Assembly (NCBI RefSeq): GCF_036365525.1
Contig: NC_090400.1
Location: forward strand, 33,010,613 to 33,074,612
Direction: 5' to 3'
Origin: Heterodontus francisci
Taxonomy: Eukaryota
Length of the DNA stretch: 64,000 nt
The number at the start of each line of letters is the position of its first letter. The stretch's first letter is position 1. The notes beneath the pieces were generated by a model, which ran no database searches, was not told the DNA's origin, and saw nothing but the letters and a program-made list of their open reading frames with translations. The position numbers and the translations under genes are program-made. Below, one piece after another: positions 63,772 to 64,000 of the stretch.

Positions 63772-64000
63772 AGTGTCAGCATTGGCTCAGTGACAGCACT
63801 TTTGGCTCGGAGTCAAAGGGTTGTGGGTTCAAGTCCCAAGTCTAGGCTGGTACTCCAGTGTAGTACTGAAGGGGATGCCTATTTCAGATGAGACGTTAAA
63901 CTGAGGCCACGTCTGCCCTGCAAAGCTAATGTAAAAGATTCCATGATGCTATTTTATGTAGAATTTGAAGAATGGGGCCTGGCCAATATTTAACTCTCAA
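63772..64000 (+). mobile_element. tRNA-headed Deu-domain SINE, running off the window
   Basis: A box tggctcagtg, B box ggttcaagtcc, Deu core ttcagatgagacgttaaactgaggcc. Confidence 0.75.

Noticed and set aside
63772-63845. tRNA gene
   Set aside because: A and B boxes belong to a SINE head; no complete cloverleaf

Overview
Repeat-rich vertebrate genomic DNA, most likely from a cartilaginous fish (inferred from the CR1, L2, Deu-domain SINE and Neptune repeat mix). The one host gene I can support is a GPI-anchored alpha-carbonic anhydrase (CA4-like) on the minus strand. Seven coding exons (26715-48738) join in frame with GT-AG junctions; the signal-peptide exon was not found. The rest is mostly transposable elements: CR1, L2 and RTE LINEs, Deu-domain SINEs, Harbinger-like and hAT MITEs, a non-autonomous Gmr1-like LTR retrotransposon, a related solo LTR, and Neptune-type Penelope-like elements (PLEs) with minimal hammerhead ribozyme motifs. 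The most striking structure is two independent, TSD-bounded fold-back PLE insertions (about 0.75 kb and 1.65 kb; the larger has no spacer and nearly identical arms). They bracket the CA4 exon that encodes the SLTTP active-site loop. Boundaries of old repeats are approximate, and family names come from motif recognition, not database searches.
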